In this document: one piece after another, positions 56,013-64,000 of the stretch | Layout: each line of letters opens with the position of its first letter | Position numbering within the stretch: position 1 is the stretch's first letter | IMG/VR virus record: IMGVR_UViG_3300043251_000023 | Span: 1 to 64,000 of that record | Source of the DNA: a virus | Strand: one strand, 5' to 3' | Length of the DNA stretch: 64,000 nucleotides | Translations under genes and position numbers: made by a program | The notes under the pieces: generated by a model | Databases searched by the model: none | The model's input: only the letters and a program-made list of their open reading frames with translations | Told to the model about the DNA's origin: nothing

Positions 56013-59000
56013 ATGCTGAATATCGCGCGCGCATTTGCGTTCCTTGCCGTCGTTGCATTCGGCGGTTCCGCCGTTGCACAACCTGGTCCGGGACAAAATA
56101 GCGGCCCGGTCCCACCGCCGTCGCCTTGGCTCTATGCGGCGCCGCAGATTTATCCCCCGACTGGATCTTGCGTGACGATGCCGCAGACCGTGCCAGGCGG
56201 CTGCCCGGGCGCAGGCAACGCGATCAACGTCTCTGGCGGCTATTATCTTAACGGCGTTGCCCTTGATAGCATAAGCAGCGTCACGCCTCCTCTAAGTGTC
56301 AGCTCTGGAGTTCTCAGCATTCTCAATGGGACCTCCATTGCCAATCCCGGTACGGGAACGCTTGAAGATTTAGTGCCATCGCAGACGATCACCGGAACCA
56401 GCAAAGTTTACGCCACGGTCGATCTCTGGAAGCGGACACGACGTTCCAATTCCGGAACGGCGATGACCGACACGCTACCGGCTTCTTCGGCAACGGGCAT
56501 GGTCAATGGCGCCCGCATTGAGATCAAGAACGTGGATGCTTCGGCGACGGACACGGTCAGTGCCGGCGCCGGGACGACAATCATTGGCGGGGCATCCTTC
56601 TCGCTCCAGGCAGGCCGCGACCTAGAGTTGACCTATGACCTCGCAAACACGACGTGGCGAGCGGAGGCCAATACCGATACCGCGGCGCTCATCAATCAGC
56701 CGAACTTCTACAGCGCGGACAACTATTTTGGTTCGGGCCGTCCAGTGTGCGACCCGCGTGCAAAAGGGGCAGTTGGCAACGGGAGCACAGACGACAGCGC
56801 GGCGTTCAAGGCTTGCCGCGTGGCACTTGATGCTATTGGCGGCGGCGTTATCTATGTGCCGCCAGGGAATTACTGTCTAAAGACCGCCGACGCGAACAAC
56901 GCGGTCATCGCAATTTCGGCAACGCCGATCACGGTCATCGGCGCCGGCATCAACGTCTCAAATCTATGGACCTGCGGTACCGACGTTACAATCGGTTACG
57001 CGAATATCGTTGGCGCCGGCTTCTTGAATTTGAGCTACCTGGGCAAAGGGGGTCAAGGTAACCCTAACGACACCACCTTTGGTGCTACGTCGCCAGCTTT
57101 CAAATTTGATACGTCATGCGGTATTTGTCGGATCAGTTACGTGCGCGGCTTTGGCGGCCTCTATGCTCTGCAAAACCTTGGCTTTGATAGCTGGGTATCG
57201 GACTTCTCATTCGGCTACACTTACGGCAACGCGATCATGTATGAGGCTGGCAACGGCCATCGGGTGGAACATGGCGCGCTGGATCAAAATTGGCCGGTCG
57301 TTCTGCCGAACCAAAATTCAGTCACGATCAGCGCGTGGCAAGCGACGCATTCCTACAGCGGCAACGGCGCTTCGAACACGAATGTCGTTTCGACGCAAGG
57401 CTACAATATTCAGCTTGTGAGTGCGAGTTGCACTAGCGGCGGTACCGCGCCGCCCTTGAATAATTACGGAACTGTGATTGTGGATGGGTCCTGTTCCTGG
57501 CAACTCGTCGGCAACACGACCTATTACGGGGAGGATTGCGACGGGAATTGCGCCGAACTTATCCTGCATGGCGAGGTCGATCTGAATTGCGGCGGCTGCA
57601 CATACGACTTCGCCATGACGAACAACAATGCTGGAACCGCCCCCAACGTTGTGACCGTCGACGGATCAAGCATCGGGCAGGCCATAATCGCACCTATCGG
57701 GCTGCTCGCCGGGTCAGGGTTTACGCTGTCGAACAGCCATATCGCGACCTCCGTACAGGGTGGGGCGTTGGGCCTATACGTCCCGGCAAGCGGCTTCACC
57801 GGGGACGCGTCCATTGTCGGCAATAGATTTAGCGGGGGCGGCGCGTGCATCGGAATTGGCACTGCGCCGTCTGGACAGGCCGGATATACGATAACCGCTA
57901 ACCGGTTTTTAAGCTGTTCCCAGGCTATCGATTATTTCAATACCGGGGCGGCGCTGCACATTACGGCCGGTCACAATACGATGGTCGGCGTCAGCAATGC
58001 GTGGGTGTCGCCCGCCGGCTCAAGCTATTACGAATTCACCAATAACGATGTGGGTGGAGCGGCAGTCACCTTCACGAGTGGGGACGCCAACAAGAAGATC
58101 GCCGGCAACGACGGTTCGGCAACGCCTGTTAGTAACGGTGGCACTGGTTTAGCTACATTGACAGCGCACGCGGTTCTGCTCGGCGAGGGCGCCGGTAACG
58201 TCGCCTTTGCCACCATCGGCACCGGTGGCAGGCTGTTGATCGACCAGGGCGCGGTCGATCCCGTCTTCACCGCGATGAGCGGCGACGCCGCGCTGGCAGC
58301 GAGCGGCGCGCTAACGCTGGCGACAGTGAACGGCAACGTCGGCACCTTCGGCGGCGCCAACGCCATCCCGAGCATCACCGTCAACGGCAAGGGCCTCGTC
58401 ACCGCCGTCTCGACCGTGGCGCCGAACCCGACCCAGGTTAACGGCGTCTCCTTCGGCGCCGCACCGATCGGCACCAACACCGTCTGCGTTGCGACCAGCA
58501 CCACTGCTTGCGCTTGGAGTTCGGTGCCGAACGCGGCGCTCGCCAACTCGACGATCTCGGGCGTCTCGCTCGGCGGCAGCCTCGCGGTGCTGAGCTACGG
58601 AACGCACCTGACCAACGGGGCCGGGGCCGGCTCCTACAACGGCTCCGCCGCGTCAACGCTCGCGACTGACGCGACCAACACCAACACGGCGTCGACCATC
58701 GTCGCCCGCGACGGCTCCGGCAACTTCTCCGCCGGGACAGTCACGGCCAGCCTGACGGGGCACGCGTCACTGGACCTCGCGCTGACCGGGGGGGCGATGT
58801 CGGGCAACATCGCGATGGCCGGCAACTCGCTCACTGGAGCGATGGGGCTGAACGGCGTCGAGACGATTCTCAGCGGCGGCAACATCGGCTTCGGCACCGA
58901 GACCAACCCGCAGGCGGCGTTCGTCTTCAGCGCGAACACCACGACCGGCATCACGTTTCCGGTCAACACGAGCGGGCTCTGGTCGATCAGCGCCAACTCC

Positions 59001-59702
59001 GGCAACGTGCCGGGGTTCAACGCCCTGGCGTTTGCCACGAACGGCAGCAACTTCTTCTTTCGCGCCGACGGCACCGCGGCGAGCCCCACGGCGCTCGCGC
59101 TCAACGACAACATCGGCGCCATCACCTGGGGCGGCTACGCCGGGTCCACCGCCGGCTACGTCTCCAGCAAGGCCCGCATCGCGGGCATCGTGATCGACGC
59201 CTCGGGCTACGGCACCTCGACGCAGGGCACCGGCATCGAGTTCGACGCCACGCCGTCCGGCAGCACCACCCGCGCCCAGGCCGGTCGCTTCATGGCGGGC
59301 TTCATCGTGGGCACCGGCACGACCGACCCCGGCGCCGGTAATGAACTTGTCGGTGGTCATATCCTAGCAACCGGAACGGCGCCGACGATTTCTGCCTGCG
59401 GCACCGGAACGCCGACGATCTCCGGCGGCGACAACTTCGGGACCGTGGTGGCTGGCACTGTCGCCACGTCGTGCGTCGTCAACTTCGGAGCGACCTGGGG
59501 TGCCGCCCCGCGTTGTGCCGTCTCGTCGGGAACAGCCATTGCTTCTTTGACTGTCAGCGCCACGACGACGCAACTGACGATCACCGGGACCGCGCTCGGC
59601 GGCGACACGATCAACTGGGTCTGCGGGAGCACCGCCAGCCTGGAACCGAATGGTTCGCCGGCCAACGACAATGCGCCACCGTGGCTATCCAAAGCCGCTT
59701 GA
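56013..59702 (+). CDS. tailspike/fibre with pectate-lyase-like beta-helix (putative depolymerase)
   Basis: GAVGNGSTDDSAAF...GGVIYVPPGNY beta-helix start; signal-peptide-like N-terminus. Confidence 0.8.
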   Translation: MLNIARAFAFLAVVAFGGSAVAQPGPGQNSGPVPPPSPWLYAAPQIYPPTGSCVTMPQTVPGGCPGAGNAINVSGGYYLNGVALDSISSVTPPLSVSSGVLSILNGTSIANPGTGTLEDLVPSQTITGTSKVYATVDLWKRTRRSNSGTAMTDTLPASSATGMVNGARIEIKNVDASATDTVSAGAGTTIIGGASFSLQAGRDLELTYDLANTTWRAEANTDTAALINQPNFYSADNYFGSGRPVCDPRAKGAVGNGSTDDSAAFKACRVALDAIGGGVIYVPPGNYCLKTADANNAVIAISATPITVIGAGINVSNLWTCGTDVTIGYANIVGAGFLNLSYLGKGGQGNPNDTTFGATSPAFKFDTSCGICRISYVRGFGGLYALQNLGFDSWVSDFSFGYTYGNAIMYEAGNGHRVEHGALDQNWPVVLPNQNSVTISAWQATHSYSGNGASNTNVVSTQGYNIQLVSASCTSGGTAPPLNNYGTVIVDGSCSWQLVGNTTYYGEDCDGNCAELILHGEVDLNCGGCTYDFAMTNNNAGTAPNVVTVDGSSIGQAIIAPIGLLAGSGFTLSNSHIATSVQGGALGLYVPASGFTGDASIVGNRFSGGGACIGIGTAPSGQAGYTITANRFLSCSQAIDYFNTGAALHITAGHNTMVGVSNAWVSPAGSSYYEFTNNDVGGAAVTFTSGDANKKIAGNDGSATPVSNGGTGLATLTAHAVLLGEGAGNVAFATIGTGGRLLIDQGAVDPVFTAMSGDAALAASGALTLATVNGNVGTFGGANAIPSITVNGKGLVTAVSTVAPNPTQVNGVSFGAAPIGTNTVCVATSTTACAWSSVPNAALANSTISGVSLGGSLAVLSYGTHLTNGAGAGSYNGSAASTLATDATNTNTASTIVARDGSGNFSAGTVTASLTGHASLDLALTGGAMSGNIAMAGNSLTGAMGLNGVETILSGGNIGFGTETNPQAAFVFSANTTTGITFPVNTSGLWSISANSGNVPGFNALAFATNGSNFFFRADGTAASPTALALNDNIGAITWGGYAGSTAGYVSSKARIAGIVIDASGYGTSTQGTGIEFDATPSGSTTRAQAGRFMAGFIVGTGTTDPGAGNELVGGHILATGTAPTISACGTGTPTISGGDNFGTVVAGTVATSCVVNFGATWGAAPRCAVSSGTAIASLTVSATTTQLTITGTALGGDTINWVCGSTASLEPNGSPANDNAPPWLSKAA

Positions 59703-59740
59703 CCGCGCTATTCTTGAGTTCGTCAACAGGGAAAACCACC

Positions 59741-60223
59741 ATGCGAATCATCGCCATTGCTCTTGCCGCCATCGCCATTGTGACGCCAGCCGCCGCTCAA
59801 TCTCCAAAGCCACTCACCGTCCTGCAATGCCTCACCGTTCTTAAAGGCCTCTCCGCTCTCGGCTGCGTCGGCGAACAACTCGACGGGACGTGCACGCCCG
59901 ACGCCAAGCAGTACAAACTCGGCGCGCTCCGGCTGACCACCGGCCTGAATATCTCGCGCCTTCAGGACTTGGCGAACACGGTCCAGCGCGCGCAGAACGG
60001 CTTCAACTCAGAACTGCCGCCGCTCGATCCGAAGGCCTTCGATGCCGACAAGGTCGCGCGCGGCAACCAGATTCAAGCGAACTGGAACAAGATTATCGAC
60101 GCGGAGTGCCCGGTCCAGCCCGGCCACATCAAGGCGTCCGACTTGAAGCTCGGCGATGGTCCGGACGAGAACGCGGTCCCGCCGTCCGTACTTGGGGCGC
60201 TGGCGCCGATCATTGACCCCTGA
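59741..60223 (+). CDS. secreted-type hypothetical protein (possible fibre chaperone)
   Basis: signal peptide MRIIAIALAAIAIVTPAAA; VLGALAPII end. Confidence 0.55.
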   Translation: MRIIAIALAAIAIVTPAAAQSPKPLTVLQCLTVLKGLSALGCVGEQLDGTCTPDAKQYKLGALRLTTGLNISRLQDLANTVQRAQNGFNSELPPLDPKAFDADKVARGNQIQANWNKIIDAECPVQPGHIKASDLKLGDGPDENAVPPSVLGALAPIIDP

Positions 60224-60236
60224 CCGGGAGGCAAAA

Positions 60237-61067
60237 GTGCAGCATCCTTTTCAAGTTCTCAGCCCGGAATACACGCATCTGCTCGCGCAGATGAAGATCA
60301 CGCGAGTCGCTGACGTCGACGCGACGGCGGAGAGGTTGCTGAAGTATGTCGACGCCGGACATTACGATGCTGGGTGTAAGGCAACCGGAGTCCCGATCAT
60401 CGTCGCCGCCGCTTCCTTCGAGCGGGAGGCGTCGTCAAACTTCAACCTCAACCCGGCGCAGGGATGGCCGCTGCACGAAAAGTCGAAATGGACTCCCTAC
60501 AATGGCCCATTTGACGATTGGACGACGGCGCAGATCGCGGCCTACAAGATCGACGGCCTTGACAAGATCGGAGCCGCAAACTGGTCATGGGAATACGGTT
60601 GCTATGAGGAGGAGGGATTCAACGGGTGGGGTTACCGCGCGCACGGCATCCCGTCGCCGTACCTCTTCGGTGGGACCAATATCCAGAAGCCTGGAAAGTA
60701 CACCTCAGACGGCCGCTTCGATGCGTCCGTGATGGACACGCAGCTTGGGGTGATCCCGATCATGCTTCGGATGGTCCAGATCAGGCCGTCTCTCGCGCTG
60801 CCGTTTCCTTTCCCCGCCGCCACAGCGAGCCCGGTTGTCGTCCCGGTCCCGACGCCGGCGCCCGTCGGGCTGCAGAACGCGGAGATGCTCCAGAACGCCT
60901 TGAATGAACTCGGCGCCGACCCGAAACTCGCCGTGGACGGCAACTTCGGAAGACAGACGCGGCGCGCGCTGATCGCTTTCCAGGCCGCGAACGGTCTCGA
61001 ACCTGATGGCTTGGCAGGCCCGCTCACCTGGAAAATTATCAACTCCAAGATCGCGATGCCGAAGTAA
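60237..61067 (+). CDS. endolysin (lysozyme-like domain + PG-binding domain)
   Basis: REAS, E.FNGWGY...SPYL.GGT...GKY.SDG; VDGNFG.QT.RAL..FQ..NGL.PDG.AGP.TW. Confidence 0.85.
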   Translation: MQHPFQVLSPEYTHLLAQMKITRVADVDATAERLLKYVDAGHYDAGCKATGVPIIVAAASFEREASSNFNLNPAQGWPLHEKSKWTPYNGPFDDWTTAQIAAYKIDGLDKIGAANWSWEYGCYEEEGFNGWGYRAHGIPSPYLFGGTNIQKPGKYTSDGRFDASVMDTQLGVIPIMLRMVQIRPSLALPFPFPAATASPVVVPVPTPAPVGLQNAEMLQNALNELGADPKLAVDGNFGRQTRRALIAFQAANGLEPDGLAGPLTWKIINSKIAMPK

Positions 61068-61083
61068 TCAACAGGGGAAGCCG

Positions 61084-61452
61084 ATGCAGAACAGCGAATC
61101 CTGGAGCAACACGCAGAAGATTCTCGCGTTCGTCATCGTCGACGCGCTGATCGTCGTCATCCTGATTTGGATATTTCACCCGCCAACCGGAGACGCCGCG
61201 TCGAACTCCGTTCTCAATGTCCTCGTCGGCGCGCTGGTTGGGATGGCCGGCATGGTCGCCACCTTTTATTTTGGTTCGTCTCAGGGCTCGAAGGACAAGG
61301 ACCAGGCGTTGATCGGCGTCGCGACTCAGTCCGGAACAGGGAACGGCGGCGGTTCGACCTCGACCGCGACGGTGACGGCCCCGAGCGCGACAAGTCCTGG
61401 CTCCGCCACCGTGACCTCCACCGACCCCGCAACCCCAGCAAAGGCAGTCTGA
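61084..61452 (+). CDS. holin-like membrane protein
   Basis: two TM helices and FYFGSSQGSKDKD; follows the endolysin. Confidence 0.75.
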   Translation: MQNSESWSNTQKILAFVIVDALIVVILIWIFHPPTGDAASNSVLNVLVGALVGMAGMVATFYFGSSQGSKDKDQALIGVATQSGTGNGGGSTSTATVTAPSATSPGSATVTSTDPATPAKAV

Positions 61453-61455
61453 CTC

Positions 61456-61611
61456 ATGAACCCCGCACTCACCGCCGTCCTCGCCAACAACAAGGCCGAT
61501 GTTCTTGCTATCGTCCAGAAGATCGGCCTAGAAACCATTATCGAACTGGCCCCACACTTTGCGGCCATCTTGGCCACTGCGCAGGCGGCGTCAGTTCCGA
61601 AGACCGCCTGA
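61456..61611 (+). CDS. small hypothetical protein
   Basis: 51-aa ORF directly after the holin. Confidence 0.4.
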   Translation: MNPALTAVLANNKADVLAIVQKIGLETIIELAPHFAAILATAQAASVPKTA

Positions 61612-61707
61612 CGATTTCTGTTAGGTGTTGTGCCGAAGACACAGCCTCGGCGCGACTCGGCGTGTAGGATGCCCCCGTAAATTTTCAACAACAGGGGAGT
61701 CATCCCA

Positions 61708-62514
61708 ATGACGCGCAAGTTTCTCCTGGCGACGACCGCGCTCGTCGCTCTGAGCGCCTCCGCTTTCGCCGCCGATCTTCCGTTGAAAGCACCGCCTGCC
61801 GCTCCTGCTGCTGCCGGTTCCGGCTGGTACGTTGGCATTCTCACCGAAGCCGACGTTGCTCAATCGAACGTGAGTGGCACGAACGTATTCGCGACCAGCC
61901 TCGCCAGCGGTAATCTGACCGCAACCGGCGGCGCCGTGGGTGGCGAGTTCGGCTATATCGGGAATGGTCCCATCGGGTGGTATCGACTTCAGGCCACTGG
62001 CGAATGGAGCGACATTTCTGGCGCCGAGACCGTTCAATCGACGGCAACGACCAGCGCGGCGAGTGCAGCCGTTGCGAGCCGATGGTCCGCGACCCAAGAG
62101 TTCGACATCGGCTTCGAGTGGATTCAAAAAATCTACGCGGCGCTACCGACTCTCGGCGTCATCAACTTCCCGACGTTTACTCCGATCACGCCGACAGTCC
62201 CCGTCGGGGCACCGCGCCAGTACGTTGGCGTCGGCATCAAGGAAGCCGGCCTAACCGGCACCTTTGGCGCCGCTCAGGGTACCTCTGTCGGCGTCTACCC
62301 GATGATCACCGGCGGCTTCATCTGGCCAACGCTCAACGCGGCCGGCAAGCCGAACGGTGGCGCGATCGACGCCTCCGCCGGCGTGGCGTTTCCGGTCAAG
62401 GGATTCACCGTGGGGAACGCCTTCGCGACGGATGGTGCCCCTCTGACGCTCGGCGCTGGCGCTAGCCTCGGCACGCAGTACTGGACCCGGCTGAGCTACC
62501 AGTTCGGCCTGTGA
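61708..62514 (+). CDS. outer-membrane beta-barrel (rhizobial porin/Omp-like)
   Basis: signal peptide + AADLPLKAPP...GWYVG; C-terminal RLSYQF. Confidence 0.8.
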   Translation: MTRKFLLATTALVALSASAFAADLPLKAPPAAPAAAGSGWYVGILTEADVAQSNVSGTNVFATSLASGNLTATGGAVGGEFGYIGNGPIGWYRLQATGEWSDISGAETVQSTATTSAASAAVASRWSATQEFDIGFEWIQKIYAALPTLGVINFPTFTPITPTVPVGAPRQYVGVGIKEAGLTGTFGAAQGTSVGVYPMITGGFIWPTLNAAGKPNGGAIDASAGVAFPVKGFTVGNAFATDGAPLTLGAGASLGTQYWTRLSYQFGL

Positions 62515-62548
62515 GACTGGAACTCTTCGGCCTAGTCGCCTAATCTTG

Positions 62549-62578
62549 AGCCGTCGCGAATCCCTCGCGGCGGCTTTT
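62549..62578 (+). terminator. putative intrinsic terminator
   Basis: AGCCGTCGCGA/TCGCGGCGGCT hairpin followed by TTT. Confidence 0.45.
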
Positions 62579-62601
62579 CAACAGGGAAAGGGAGAAATCC
62601 G

Positions 62602-63111
62602 ATGTCAGAGTTCACCGATCAGAGGCGCAAGATTTACGACGCGGCAGCGGCGTTCATTAGTCAGTTCGGCGAGGGCGCCAACAGTATCTGCGATCAGATG
62701 GCGGACGCGGAGGCCAAGTTCGAGGAGCAGACCGTCGTCATCGCGTCGCAGAACGAAACGATCAAGTCGCTGCAGGAAGAGAACGAACGCATCACGGCCG
62801 ATTTTCAAGTCAGGATTGACCTGCAGGAGCAGGAGATAACAGCCCTGCGGAGCCAACTCGGGCAGAAGAGTAAGGAGTTCTCCGGGCTCTCGCGGACGGT
62901 CCATTCAATGATCATCAGCGCCAGGAACATCGTCTCCCTCGGCGCGCACGGTATGAACCTCGTGGCCCGCGACGCGGTGGGAGACAAAATCGTCACGCAG
63001 CTCCGCGGCCACCCGCAGCGGCAGACGACGGCAGAAGGCGCGTCGCTGAGTTCGGTCCTCAACGCCGCCGGGGAACGCCTTCCGACGGAGCGCGAGCGGG
63101 CGACCGGCTAA
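62602..63111 (+). CDS. coiled-coil hypothetical protein
   Basis: heptad-rich central region; GGGAG RBS. Confidence 0.55.
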   Translation: MSEFTDQRRKIYDAAAAFISQFGEGANSICDQMADAEAKFEEQTVVIASQNETIKSLQEENERITADFQVRIDLQEQEITALRSQLGQKSKEFSGLSRTVHSMIISARNIVSLGAHGMNLVARDAVGDKIVTQLRGHPQRQTTAEGASLSSVLNAAGERLPTERERATG

Positions 63112-63584
63112 TGCCGATCATTGTCCGATTCGTTCGCAGTATCGGGCTAGCCTCAGACGGCATCGTCGCCCTTGAAAAGACGGCGATGCCGTTTACGCCT
63201 TCGCACGTCGAGGCGCTCACGCCTGACGGGTTTCTCCTCGGCGCCCATCTATCCGGCGGGACGCAGAAGCGGCCGAGAGACTACGACGCGGGACAATTCA
63301 GCCACGAGTTATTCCTGACGCTAGAGGCGACCGATGACCAGGCGGCCGCCTTCTACGCCTTCCTCGATAAACACGTTGGCGAACCCTACGACTGGAAGGC
63401 AATCCTCGGCTTCATTTTGCCGGAACACGAACACACCCTTGATCACGCCATTTGCTCGGCCCTGATCGCGCTCGCGCTCCGGGCCTGCAATTACTTCCGG
63501 TGGCCGCTGGCTGCGCCGGCGCATTTGGTCGATCCCCGCGATCTCCTGCTCATCCTCAGCGCCCGCATGGCTGTGCCGATGTGA
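63111..63584 (+). CDS. permuted papain-like (YiiX/NlpC-P60-type) peptidase
   Basis: SHVE...G.PYDW...ICSALI (His before Cys). Confidence 0.65.
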   Translation: MPIIVRFVRSIGLASDGIVALEKTAMPFTPSHVEALTPDGFLLGAHLSGGTQKRPRDYDAGQFSHELFLTLEATDDQAAAFYAFLDKHVGEPYDWKAILGFILPEHEHTLDHAICSALIALALRACNYFRWPLAAPAHLVDPRDLLLILSARMAVPM

Positions 63585-63609
63585 AACCGGCCGATTCGTG
63601 GTAAACAGC

Positions 63610-63639
63610 GCCTCGGCCTTCACTGGCCGGGGCTTTTTT
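63610..63639 (+). terminator. intrinsic terminator
   Basis: GCCTCGGCC-TTCACT-GGCCGGGGC-TTTTTT. Confidence 0.7.
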
Positions 63640-63652
63640 ATGGGGCAGGTCG

Positions 63653-64000
63653 ATGGCGGACGATAAACCGGAGGACAACAGCATCAGAGAGTTGCGGGAA
63701 GCTGCCCGCGAACTCAAGGACGCCGTCGCTTTCGTTCGAACGCATCGCCGGGATTGGGCACCACAGGAAGGTTCGATCACGTTGCCACCAGAGGCGACGG
63801 GCTGGAATTTCACGACGTTCGAGAAATACATCAACCAGCGGTTCGGCGATCTTTCGCTTCAACTTCGGGAACGGTATGAGGCGCAGCAGACCGGCGTCAC
63901 CGCCGCGCTCGCCGCCGCCGAGAAGGCGGTCAACGCCGCGCTGATCGCTGCTGAGAAAGCGGTGGATAAGGCCGAAGGCGCGCAGCAACTCCGCAATGAG
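63653..64000 (+). CDS. hypothetical protein, truncated by the window end
   Basis: open frame to the end; ALAAAEKAV repeats. Confidence 0.5.
   Translation, partial: MADDKPEDNSIRELREAARELKDAVAFVRTHRRDWAPQEGSITLPPEATGWNFTTFEKYINQRFGDLSLQLRERYEAQQTGVTAALAAAEKAVNAALIAAEKAVDKAEGAQQLRNE

Overview
The whole window is most of a tailed-phage (or prophage) genome with a contractile tail. The host is probably an alphaproteobacterium of the Hyphomicrobiales/Rhizobiales; this is inferred from a GapR-like protein, a CtrA-like winged helix and an AADLPxKAP-type beta-barrel. Gene order on the + strand: replication/recombination (RuvC-like, MT-A70 MTase, DUF559, initiator, split primase-helicase; 0.1-5.5 kb), many small accessory genes (5.5-20.3 kb), packaging and head (20.5-37.8 kb), tail, baseplate and fibres (40-60 kb, interrupted by a minus-strand insert at 46.6-49.1 kb), then lysis and envelope genes (60-64 kb). 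The standout is 5.85-8.3 kb: an HTH gene, a stand-alone RAMP/Cas7-like gene, a ~535-nt non-coding array of 5-nt units (semi-constant triplet + variable dinucleotide), and a partner gene fused to a CtrA-like DNA-binding domain. Reading only the variable dinucleotides as codon positions 1-2 (wobble skipped), six of seven tracts spell recognisable conserved protein motifs. These are IS1595-family transposase (SKKGISALQLQR, RTLGVTYKSAWF, YKCAFVLLHKIREA), IS1-like transposase (YNFCRIHET, SMRRFTRLTNAF) and the rhizobial RRFPPPW protein, on both strands. This points to a gapped-code RNA-guided (VIPR-like) system with a non-GGY scaffold aimed mostly at insertion sequences. All family assignments are by eye and from memory; no database search was run.
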